Shown here one piece after another: positions 46,101 through 55,220 of a stretch of DNA of 56,050 nucleotides; the stretch's first letter is position 1; the number at the start of each line of letters is the position of its first letter. The notes under the pieces are model-generated. The model made no database searches. It was not told where the DNA came from and worked only from the letters and a program-made list of their open reading frames with translations. The position numbers and the translations under genes were made by a program. The stretch comes from Gekko japonicus (lineage: Eukaryota): the NCBI RefSeq assembly GCF_001447785.1, contig NW_015174859.1:699808-755857 (forward strand). The letters run 5' to 3'.

Positions 46101-49100
46101 AATGACCCTGTGAGGTAGGTCATTATTGCACCGTTACTCTGCAGAGAGCTGTGTGCAGTGATGTCATTTGTTTTTTAAAAAGTAATTTATTACCTTATTC
46201 TTAACTGGGGACTTCAGACTAACTTCCTGACGAAGTCCCATTACTGAGGAGGGATTTAAACTCTGGTTTTTATATATAGAGACAAGCAATGTTCCCTCTA
46301 AGCTGTGGAGTCTTGTGAGCAAAAATTCTACTGTGTGAGCTACTGGCATTAAAGTTGTGAGCAAGTGATCTGGCTGCTGCATAAATTAGTTTGCTCTGGA
46401 GCCATCCTTCCTGAGCGAAGAGAAAAATGTGTGAGCCGGAGACTAAAAAACTGTGAGCTAGTTCACACTAACTCATCTTAGAGGGAACACTGGAGACAAG
46501 ATTTTATTATTTATTTATTTATTTATTTTATTCAATTTATACCCCGCCCTCCCCGCAGCGCGGGCTCAGGACGGCTTACAAAGAGGCATGTGCCAATATA
46601 AAAACATATTTAAAATCATTTAAGATCACTACAATACAAATAAAATAAGATGTGCTTTTAAACCTGTCTTTATGCGCATACTGATGTTTTGTTCATTTGT
46701 ACTATGTGCATAGTTAACATTTTACTTTTTTCTTTGTTCCAACCTTTTTGGTTTACCTGTATTGGAAAGAATGCTTCATCTGATGGTGTCATCACATTTT
46801 CCTCTGACAGAGAGAAATATTCTCTAGAGCAGGACATCCGAGAGAGGGAGGAAGCGATCCGGCAGAAGACGACCGAAGTCCAGGTAAAGAAGCCCTGAGG
46901 GCTGTTGTGGTGTGGTGGTCAGTGTGTCATAGTAAGAGATCCCGGTTCAAATCCCACTCTGCCATAGAAGCTCACTAGGTGACTTTGGGGCAGTCACTCT
47001 CACAGGCTTACCGACCTTACGGGGTTCTTTTGCAGAAGAGAGGGGGGGGTGGCTTGCTTACGAGTTCACAGCTGGAATTTGAACTGGGAGGCCTTTGTGA
47101 TGTGCTGTTCTGTCCATCAGCTGCTAGGGGAGTAGAGCAGCCCTTTGGGTGTTTTGTCACTGTGACCAAAGCCTTAAATCTGTGCCGGTGCCCTTTCATT
47201 CTCTTCGCCTGGCTGAAGTCCTTGTTTTACCACTTCTCCTCCCTTTGAGACAGAGTGGGCGTTTCTGAGTGACAATGGCAGCTAGGAAAGCAGGCTAGGA
47301 AAAGGTCTCAGCTTTTTGAACAGGAAAACTGTGCTGGCCAGTGCAGAGCCACTAAATTTCCTGTCTTAAAGCAGCCATGGCCTGCAGAATGAGTTCTGAG
47401 AAACCCTCTTGCGGTGCTGCTCATCTGGATCATGAAAAGATGTGATGCATCTAGTCCTGTCTCACACAGCAGCCCAACCAATTGCTCTGGAGAGTGGGTA
47501 AACAGGGCTCAGAGGCCAAGGCTTTCCCCTGATGTTGCCGCCTGGCCCTAGTATTCAGAGGTGTGCTGCTTCTGAATGTGGAGGCTCCCTTTAGTCACTG
47601 TGGTTAGTAGCCATTTATGGACCTTTCCTGTATGAATCCATTTTAAACCTATAGTCCAGGAGCCACTAGTCTACTTATCCCATTTCTACATCCTGTGTTC
47701 GTTGCTTACGATGCACTGTAATGATCCAGAGAAAGGAGGAGCCAACATCTTTTTCTGGGGGCAAAAGCTTTCCCTTCTCAGGGCAGCCACTTCTCCCCTT
47801 TGGACACCAGTCCATGGCTTCTTACTACTGCTCTGTAGATTTTGGTGTAGAAGTTGGAATTCTGGTTGGTCATCCTTGCCCCCAATAATCTGTCCTGTAG
47901 CACAGCATCTCTCTGCAGCTGGCTAACCAAGTTCTGGCTCTTCAGGATTTGCAAAACGATTTAGACCGAGAAACCAGCAGCTTGCAAGAACTGGAAGCTC
48001 AAAAGCAGGATGCGCAGGATCGCCTAGATGAGATGGACCAGCAGAAGACCAAGCTGAAGGATATGCTGAGTGATGTGAGGCAGAAGTGCCAGGAAGAGAC
48101 GCAGGTGGTGAGGAAAGGAGCAGGAGACAGGGTGGGGGGCAGAAGACGGGATCTGGCCTACTGGAGCAGCTGGGCCCCTGCACTGGAGGGCCAGACAATG
48201 CTTTTAGGGGGACGGGCCTCTCACAAGGGACTTTGGCTTAAGCCGAAGGCCATGTGACGTTACACTCCCCTGTGGGTTTTGTATTGAAGGGCATCCATTG
48301 CTAGATACACACCTGACTTCGAGAATTAATTAGATGCGGTGACTGATGACTTCTGATTCTTAGCCACGTTCAGAGGCAGTGTTTCTCCAGGTGTAAGATG
48401 GTGGCAGTCTGCCTCCTTGCCCAGGTTGTGAATTTCACATGTGAATGCACCTTTGGAGGGTAATTCTGTGCTTCCTGAAGGATCTGGACACATTGTCAAC
48501 CTGCAAAATAAGGAAACCCTTCTTACATTTTCGGTAGCTTTCGTAAGCTTTCTCCCCCCCCCCCCCCCACACCCCGACCAATTTTCACCCCTCTTTTCCA
48601 TTTTCAGATTTCGTCATTAAAAATGCAGATTCAGTCCCAAGAGTCAGATCTAAAATCCCAGGAGGACGACATCAGTAGAGCAAAAGTGGAACTGAATCGG
48701 CTACAGCAGGAAGAGACGCAGCTAGAGCAAAGCATCCAGGCTGGGAAAGTACAGCTGGAGACAATCATAAAATCTCTGAAATCAACTCAGGAAGAAATCA
48801 GTCAGGTAAGGCGTCGCTTCCACTGATGCAACCTCTCTTCTCCACCTGCACTGTTTCTATACTGTCGAGGCCTCAGGCAGGGCTCTTTTTGTAGCAGGAA
48901 CTCCTTTGCATATTAGGCGACACACCCCTAATGTAGCCAATCCTCCAAGAGCTTACAGTAGCCCCTGTAAGAAGAGCTCTGTAAGCTCTTGGAGGATTGG
49001 CTACATTAGGGGGGTGTCGCCTAATATACAAAGGAGTTCCTGCTACAAAAGGAGCCCTGGGCATTTCTGCATAAGCCATTTCCCAGGAGACAAATCTGTG

Positions 49101-52100
49101 GGGCCAAAACGCAAACTCCACTGTTATTTCTAGGAGGAGGCTGGGTAGCTGTGTGAGTCTGTTGCCCCCCAAGGCAGCAAAGAGTTTTGTGGTGGAAGTT
49201 CCCACAAGCCGGATTTCTATCCTTGCCTCTTTGTGTCGGCCGATGACCTTGCTTTGTGGGTGGATACATTGCTGCCGGGGAGAACTCCGGCCTGACTGGA
49301 TGGTTGACCTCTTTTTTTTTTTTTTTTTTTTTTGGTGTTTCCGCCTGTGCTCTGCATCATCATGTGACTCAACTCCGTCCTGGGCATCTGGACTTTCTGG
49401 CCTCCCTTTGTCGTTTCTTTTGCAGTTTGTCATTCCGGCTTTATGTGTCCTTCTGCCAGGCGTCAGACAAAGTGGGCTCTGGCTCCTGGAAGCTGGTGCC
49501 AGAAGTTTGATAGCTTGGGCCACACCTCTTGCTTAACGTCGCTTGTTCGTTAATTTTATTGACGTTACTTATGGTCCCACATTTTTCACAGTTCCACAAG
49601 GCAGATTTATGCGTAGTGAGTCATTAAAATCGACAAAATGGGACATTCGGTAACTGATGCACTGCTATATTAGAAGTCTGGAACCACCAGAAAGAAAGAG
49701 AAGCGCAGCATAAGAATTCACACGACACATTAAGCGGTCCAGAAATTACATTGTAGGATCCTACTGACAATAAGGTATAGACCACAATTCCCAGTCATCT
49801 ATCCAAGCAAGTTTGTGAACCATTCTGTATCGTACAGCCTTCTTGCCTGTGTAGAAAAGCCCTCTCGAAGAGTTCAGTTTTACCTAGGCTGAGGGAGGCC
49901 CAGGAGAGGGGGGTGGGAGCCTTTCCTGACCTCCTCGGGCAGGCCCCATCCCACCAGGCGGGAGACACAAGGGGGGAGGAAGCGCGTGAGTACAAAGGCC
50001 GTTTTTGATTTCGAACCTCCAAAGGAAGTTTAGAAAACTAATTGAGGGCCAAAAGTTAAAATCATAAGTGTACCAAAGAGTGTTTATTACAAAGATATAT
50101 AAAAACTTAGTATGGGCCCAAATAAAGCCTTATAAAATGTACAAAGTTACAAATACACACAAAAGAGAACAGCCTGACGCATTTCGGCTCACAAGAGCCT
50201 TTTTCAGAGGTCAAATAGTGCAAAATATAACCAGCGACAGAGTCCCTGTAACACATGTAAGGCCATTAACAATAAATACAAAATAAATAAAATAGGACCA
50301 AAATTGGAATGTTCCAATATGGAATTGAATGGCACACCAAAAAGTTGCAAGGTGCGCTAGCCCTTGGATGGAAGAACTGACAAAGTGAAGTACTAACTAG
50401 AAGAGACGTCAGCGTTCCCTGGAGCGTATCATCAGAATCTCCATCTTGGAACTGTCATAGTTTACTGCTGAGCACCGATATTTTAATTGTAATGATTATT
50501 TATTGGTTTTAAATTGTTTTATTGTATGGCATTTGCCTCTTATGTTAGCCGCCCTGAGCCCATGTAGAAGGGCGGGATATAAACCCAATAAAATAAATAA
50601 ATAAACTATTTGGGCCCACAAATACATCTGGCCTTGCATCAGAAGCTGTTGTATGAACTGGAAATATTATGTACCTCCCAGTTTAGGTCCCGAGAGTGCA
50701 AATAGAATCGCCTTGTCAGGGACAATGTGCCATCACCTGCACGTGTAACACCTGTTGTATGTAACACCTGCAGCAGCCCCTGCTGACTTGATCAAAGTTG
50801 TCTTGGTGGAGCACAGGGAGAGGGGCAGCCCCGCAAATAAGAGGGGCCACGGCCATGAAGGGCTTTGAGTGTGAGAGCCAATGCCAGATGGGCAGCCAGT
50901 GGCGCGTCTGCAGAATGGGAGTAATAGGCACGCTCCACCTAGCCCCCATTGGTAGCTGAGCCGCAGCATTCTGGGCCAGTTGGGAGTTTCCAAGTTGATT
51001 TTGAGTGGGGAAAGGAGGTATGGTTTTTGAGGCCGAAATACTTGCAACTCTTTCAAGAGCTAAAATCTTGCCCATTCAGTATCATTAGCCCCACCCACCC
51101 CTTCTCCCAGTTTCCCATATAAACATTTTGATGGAAATGATTGAAAAGCAACAGCAGAGCACCGCTGCCGCCACCTGGTTTTTGAAAGATCAGCGTCTCC
51201 TTGCGGATTCTGAAGTTGAAGAAGATCCTCTGGATGTGGATCAAAAATGCTTTGGAAGGCAGCCTGTGTGGAACCAGAGTTAGGATAGTAGTACAGCCCT
51301 CTGTGTGAATCATTAACCTACCTAAAAGGGCTCCTTCCACAGCACTGGTTGAAAACAGGAATGTGGCCAGGATCACATTTGCCACTTGTGTGAGGTTGGA
51401 AGCTGGTTATGGCTGGGTCGGCCATGGTCATTGTGCTGTGCTCTTCTTACAGGCAAGAAGCAAGCTTTCTCGTTTGCAAGAGAGCCACCAGGAAGCCAGC
51501 AGAAGCATTGATCAGTATAACGAAGCCCTGAATGGTGTCCACGGTGGCAGCATGACCAACCTGGCTGACTTGAATGAGGGAAACCCACAAAAGGACAGGG
51601 GCAGCTTTGGAACCTTGGTAAGGATGCCATGAATTCAGATTGTCCTGATCCAGAGAGTTTGAAGCTGAGAGAGAACCTAGAAAGTTCCCAGCAGAGGCAG
51701 ATTTTGAGTTGGGGGTTGCCTGGTTCAGAGTTTGGTCTCTTAGCTGCTACTTTACGAGAGGCCATTCCACCACTGGGTGCATGCCGATGAAGGGACTCCT
51801 CAGTCCACTGTTACAGACCATGTTGGCAGGCAGATTCTTCCAGGCATGTTTATGTAGGTCGGCATGGGATGACAATCCCTGCCCAAGGAAATCTAATCCC
51901 ATCTGATTGGTATCCCATCTGATCCCATCTGTATTGTATTCAGACATGTGAGTTCCTCTGCATAGCCTCTGGCTTGAGTTGAAAGTTACTCACCTGTTGC
52001 TAGTCTTGCTCGCATTTATAATTCTAAAGACTGTGCATAATTCCAAAGAATGTTGTTTGACAGGGAGGTGGGGGGAGATGCTGCTTGCCAGGTACCTGGT

Positions 52101-54120
52101 CTGCCTGATGTTTCTGTCTTTATAGCACATTAGCCTAAGAGCCATAGCAAGCAATAGAGTAAAACAGTAAAATCATCACAGTGTATACAACCAATAAAAT
52201 AAGCATGTCATTGTAATATATTACAGTTTTTCAATAACACATAGCCATAACGATAGATTCAGGTGGGTCGCCGTGTTGGACTGAAGCAATACAACAAAGT
52301 CTGAGTCCAGTGGCACCTTTAAGGCCAACAAAGTTTAATTCTGGGTCTAAGCTTTCGTGGGCACATAGCCATAATACCACTTAGGAATCATCAGCATGTA
52401 AAACCTCAGTAATAACACACGACTGTTAGCAATACTTGGCAACCATCTAAGGGATCCAATTGCCTGGTGTTTCCACGTCTGATGACAGGACGATCCGTTC
52501 AAGAACAAGGCCCTGCTGTTCAGCAGTGATGCACAGGAACTGCATGCAGACCCCTTCCAGGCCGAAGACCCCTTCCGGTCAGACCCCTTCAAAGGCAGTA
52601 AGTATTGCCTGGGTGGAATGAGCCAGCCAGAAAGGGAGTGTCTTCAGCACCAGCTCTTCCCCGCCCATTAGCTGCCACCGTCTCTCTCTGCTCTCCCCAG
52701 GCGATCCGTTCCAGAACGACCCTTTTGCAGAGCAGCCATCCGCAGCAACTGGTAAGCCCCCATGTCCTCTTCTGCAGGGCCCTGATCTTTTTTTTCCTTG
52801 CTGAGAATTGGGGAGGGTGGAGAGACCATAGGATGGAATCGTCTGTGCCTTCCCAAAGAAGATGGACGAAATACGATCAGATACTGTGTCCGCGAAGTAT
52901 GCCCAGGTGAGAGTACTACGAATCCTTGTTACAGCTTCGTTGGAGTACTTGCTGCAGCAGCCGCAGTAAAGAGGGCATGCTTCTGTTCCTGGGAACTGAG
53001 GAAGTCTGACAGCTGGGAGACGACTTAGGAAGGGGAATAGCAAGGGACGGGGCTCTGTTCCAATTGGCTTCCACTGATTGTCATTTAATGTTTGATAGGT
53101 CAGAAAGGGGGAAAGGCCTCCCCGCTGGATGGGTGGTGCATTTCTGTGTGCTTTGCTGTTAATTTCTGTGTTCTGACTCTTCTGCCAGATCCTTTTGGAG
53201 GAGATCCGTTTAAAGAAAGTGACCCATTCCAGACTTCCGTGCCAGAGGATTTCTTTAAGAAGCCTGAGAAAAGTGATCCATTTGTCTCTGACCCATTCTC
53301 AAAAAATCCCACGTTGTCCTCTAATAAAGTAAGGATGATGGGCCAGCTGGTGGCCGTTGCCCTGCCGTGAGCTTGGGTGGTGTGCGAAGACTTGTGCATT
53401 GTCTGCAAAGACTTGTGAAGGAGCTCAAGAGCTCTGTGGTGGGAGTGGGAAACTGAACAGTTCCTCCCTCTAGCACTGGGAGATGCGAAGCATGCCATTC
53501 CCTGAATGTACATGACCCTTTTGTTCTGCTCCTGTGTTTTAGCCTCATGGCTTCGAGAACTCCGATCCATTCATGACGTCAGGTCTCCCTTTGAAAGGCC
53601 CAGGTATGAGCAAAGGCCCTCTTTTCTCATGTGCTGAGTCATACCATTGCAAATTGACAGTGATGTTTTCTTTCCTTCCATAAGCTGTTCTACATGTATC
53701 CTAATCATACTTGCAAAAGTAACCAGGGGTTGAGTCAAGCTCTGTCCAAAGCCTACAATTTGGGTTTTGCCCTGAAGGATGGGTTATGCCATGGTACTGG
53801 GGCCCAGCTGCATGCGGTTCCTGAGATGCTCAGCAAGCTTCCATTGGCATTGGCAGTGTTGCATGCGGTTCCTGAGATGCTCCCACTCAGCAAGCTTCCA
53901 TTGGCATTGGCAGTGTGGCAAGGGATCCCAGCTTGTCAGAGCGTTCTGGCCCAACCCTGTCTGGAGCTTGTCCTACAGGGTAGACATCTAAAAGAAGCTA
54001 GTTGGAAGTCACCAGCTTATTAACATTTTGGTTTCAGATCTTTTTGGGACGTTGGATCCCTTTGGCAGTGGCGCTTTCAATAGCACTGAAGGATTTGCAG
54101 ATTTTAGCAGAATGTCAAAG
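24008..54120 (+). CDS. EPS15L1: Epidermal growth factor receptor substrate 15-like 1, 21 coding exons (746 codons), 3' incomplete
   Basis: Three EH domains, a coiled coil and DPF repeats. All exons are phase-consistent and closely match recalled human EPS15L1. Confidence 0.96.
25524..25729 (+). mobile_element. hAT MITE (about 206 bp)
   Basis: TIR like CAGTGTTCCCTCTAAG, 8-bp TSD gtagttcc/gtagtttc. Confidence 0.8.
27755..28096 (+). mobile_element. Sauria SINE
   Basis: Near-identical reverse complement of 11353-11697. TSD ttaaatggaaac at 27743 and 28097. Confidence 0.87.
28115..28416 (-). mobile_element. Poly(A)-tailed retroposed fragment (L1/Tx1-like 3' end)
   Basis: AATAAA plus A tail on -. 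15-bp TSD aatggaaacccactc at 28100 and 28417. Confidence 0.6.
29250..29291 (+). CDS. EPS15L1: EPS15L1 exon 2 [14 protein letters not shown] (GC donor)
   Basis: 42 nt, acceptor cttag, donor CAG/GCAAGT. Confidence 0.85.
29459..29548 (+). CDS. EPS15L1: EPS15L1 exon 3
   Basis: [30 protein letters not shown]. Confidence 0.95.
30227..30274 (+). CDS. EPS15L1: EPS15L1 exon 4
   Basis: [16 protein letters not shown]. Confidence 0.95.
30600..33260 (-). mobile_element. Old, fragmented CR1 LINE
   Basis: Remnants [37 protein letters not shown], with many frameshifts. Confidence 0.8.
33465..33792 (+). mobile_element. CR1 3' end
   Basis: Terminal ORF2 remnant and attctatgattcta tail. Confidence 0.82.
33798..34012 (-). 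mobile_element. Squam3-like SINE, truncated
   Basis: Same family as 8234-8515. Confidence 0.75.
34413..34508 (+). CDS. EPS15L1: EPS15L1 exon 5
   Basis: [32 protein letters not shown]. Confidence 0.95.
34652..34711 (+). CDS. EPS15L1: EPS15L1 exon 6
   Basis: [20 protein letters not shown]. Confidence 0.93.
34859..34888. repeat. (AT)n microsatellite
   Basis: Seen directly in the sequence. Confidence 0.9.
34996..35195 (+). mobile_element. hAT MITE
   Basis: Same family as 25524. TSD ctgatgac/ctggtgac. Confidence 0.8.
36342..36467 (+). CDS. EPS15L1: EPS15L1 exon 7
   Basis: [16 protein letters not shown]...LPLDILGR. Confidence 0.96.
36649..36854 (+). mobile_element. hAT MITE
   Basis: TIRs and perfect 8-bp TSD ctcccaac. 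Confidence 0.85.
37923..38549 (+). pseudogene. PCM1: Processed (intronless) PCM1 fragment with an open reading frame; retrocopy or young retrogene
   Basis: AEKPR...[30 protein letters not shown] and [25 protein letters not shown]...[10 protein letters not shown]...DYLRHRALY...LATTDDET match recalled PCM1 at the start of the PCM1_C region. No introns and no stops. Confidence 0.85.
38938..39182 (-). mobile_element. CR1 3' UTR fragment
   Basis: aacataagaacataag tail, homologous to 21808-22052. Confidence 0.8.
39245..41190 (-). mobile_element. RTE-BovB LINE, 5' truncated (contains N gap)
   Basis: LRYADD region, [34 protein letters not shown]. (CAA)n tail. TSD atagtgggct at 39235 and 41191. Confidence 0.93.
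41300..41685 (-). mobile_element. CR1 endonuclease fragment
   Basis: [22 protein letters not shown] remnants. Confidence 0.65.
41694..42022 (+). mobile_element. CR1 3' end interrupted by a small MITE-like insert (about 41760-41940)
   Basis: Tail attctatgattcta. Insert has ggttcccaaa/tttgggaac inverted ends. Confidence 0.7.
42645..42850 (+). mobile_element. Squam3-like SINE
   Basis: ttggtgtagtggttag head, B box, (CCT)n tail. Confidence 0.7.
42927..43126 (-). mobile_element. Sauria SINE, 5' truncated
   Basis: (AAAGGT)n on +. TSD atctcgcata at 42917 and 43127. Confidence 0.87.
43427..43486 (+). CDS. EPS15L1: EPS15L1 exon 8
   Basis: [20 protein letters not shown] (EF-hand). Confidence 0.96.
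43769..44005 (+). CDS. EPS15L1: EPS15L1 exon 9
   Basis: [15 protein letters not shown]...[10 protein letters not shown]. Confidence 0.95.
44350..44507 (+). CDS. EPS15L1: EPS15L1 exon 10
   Basis: [19 protein letters not shown]...LLAHIW. Confidence 0.95.
44711..44867 (+). CDS. EPS15L1: EPS15L1 exon 11
   Basis: [20 protein letters not shown]...[10 protein letters not shown]. Confidence 0.95.
45346..45408 (+). CDS. EPS15L1: EPS15L1 putative 63-nt cassette exon [21 protein letters not shown]
   Basis: Pyrimidine-rich acceptor ccctctag, donor gtgagt, phase 0-0, no stop. Confidence 0.65.
45909..45994 (+). CDS. EPS15L1: EPS15L1 exon 12
   Basis: [29 protein letters not shown]. Confidence 0.95.
46287..46492 (-). 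mobile_element. hAT MITE (opposite orientation)
   Basis: Perfect 8-bp TSD gagacaag. Confidence 0.85.
46811..46883 (+). CDS. EPS15L1: EPS15L1 exon 13
   Basis: [24 protein letters not shown]. Confidence 0.95.
47946..48107 (+). CDS. EPS15L1: EPS15L1 exon 14
   Basis: [20 protein letters not shown]...QEETQV. Confidence 0.95.
48608..48805 (+). CDS. EPS15L1: EPS15L1 exon 15
   Basis: [16 protein letters not shown]...STQEEISQ. Confidence 0.95.
48878..49059. mobile_element. Palindromic (fold-back) MITE
   Basis: Nearly perfect inverted arms of about 80 bp, cagggctc...gagccctg. Confidence 0.8.
50060..50300 (-). mobile_element. Penelope-like terminal repeat fragment
   Basis: Hammerhead-like motif at 50173-50210 and downstream AATAAA on -. 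Confidence 0.55.
50710..51020 (-). mobile_element. Degraded L2 fragment
   Basis: [10 protein letters not shown]...[13 protein letters not shown] remnant. Confidence 0.6.
51453..51617 (+). CDS. EPS15L1: EPS15L1 exon 16
   Basis: [15 protein letters not shown]...RGSFGTL. Confidence 0.94.
52489..52597 (+). CDS. EPS15L1: EPS15L1 exon 17
   Basis: [12 protein letters not shown]...[16 protein letters not shown], donor gtaagt. Confidence 0.92.
52701..52751 (+). CDS. EPS15L1: EPS15L1 exon 18
   Basis: [16 protein letters not shown]. Confidence 0.92.
53189..53328 (+). CDS. EPS15L1: EPS15L1 exon 19
   Basis: [14 protein letters not shown]...[13 protein letters not shown]. Confidence 0.93.
53543..53603 (+). 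CDS. EPS15L1: EPS15L1 exon 20
   Basis: [20 protein letters not shown], 61 nt, phase 0 to 1. Confidence 0.85.
53810..53916. repeat. Two-copy direct tandem duplication (about 51-57 bp)
   Basis: gcatgcggttcctgagatgctc...ttggcattggcagtgt occurs twice. Confidence 0.85.
54038..54120 (+). CDS. EPS15L1: EPS15L1 exon 21
   Basis: [28 protein letters not shown]. Confidence 0.94.
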
Positions 54121-54244
54121 GTAAGTTCTTCTTAAAGACACTCTCTCAATATTGAACAGAGGTTTCACCACCATATCTATCCCAATTTGATTTGATGCCT
54201 CCTCAGTCCCCCGTGGGAGTCATTTGGCAACATTTTAGCACAGA

Positions 54245-54366
54245 ATCTGGTCGGTAGCCGTGTTGGTCTGAAGCGGAAGAACAAAGTTTGATATCAGTGG
54301 AACTTTTAAGACCAAAAAAGTTTTATTCAATATGAGCTTTCATGTGCACACACACTTCTTCAGATC
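54245..54366 (-). mobile_element. Penelope-related terminal repeat with hammerhead core
   Basis: On -: CTGAAGA-agtgtg-tgtg-cacat-GAAA-gctc. Confidence 0.6.
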
Positions 54367-55001
54367 CAATGAAATGTGTCCTACTCATAGAGGGTGGGCA
54401 GTGAATTAGCATGCAGAATAGTGAATATTTTTTTAACAGATTAAAAGAATAATAAGCTTAGTTTATTGCTATCGTCTGTTTCAGTTCAACTTGGGGGGGG
54501 GGGGGCAGGGAAAAAAAAACCTGAATTGTGAGAGTCTGTTACTAGGTTCTGTCTGTCTCCTCTCAAGCAAGGAGGAAACATTGCAGCATCTTTTTCTTTG
54601 AAGTGGGGCTATTGGCTATGTTATTTTCCTTGTCCCCAGACCAGCAAAATACATTTGAATCTTACCATTCCAAATTACATTACATATTAAGTAAACTGAG
54701 ACTCTGCTGTTCCATTCTTCTCCCCTCACACATGGAGTTAACTAACAGAGTCCTTTTCTTAGAGGTTGGGTGCAATGTTATGTCAAAGAAATACATTTCA
54801 ATATTCATTGTGTAATATTACAATTACTTATTCCACTATACTAGTCCAAAATAGAAATATACAAAATTACAGAGAATGTATAGTGCTTTTTGGTGAGAAT
54901 ACATACGCAAAGACTGAATGAGCTTAGCATATGTACTGAGACAATAAACTAATATCCCTTTTGAGTCCTGGGGATTCCATTGTTCTGAGTGTTGTAATAA
55001 G

Positions 55002-55220
55002 TTTTTGTTGTTGTTCAGTCGCACAGTCGAGTCCGACTCTCCGCGACCCCATAGACCAGATCATGCCAGACCTTCCTGTCTTCCGCCGTCCTCTGCAGTT
55101 TGCTCAATTTCATGTTCGTTGCATCGATGACACTGTCTAACCATCTCATCCTTTGCCGTCCTCGTCTTCTTTGACCTTCAATCTTTACCAGCATCAGGGT
55201 CTTCTCCAGTGAGTGCTCCC
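55002..55220 (-). mobile_element. RTE-BovB 3' end, interrupted by DIRS
   Basis: Near-identical to 39250-39460 (EHSLEKTLM...RTRLCD) with (CAA)n tail. Confidence 0.88.
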
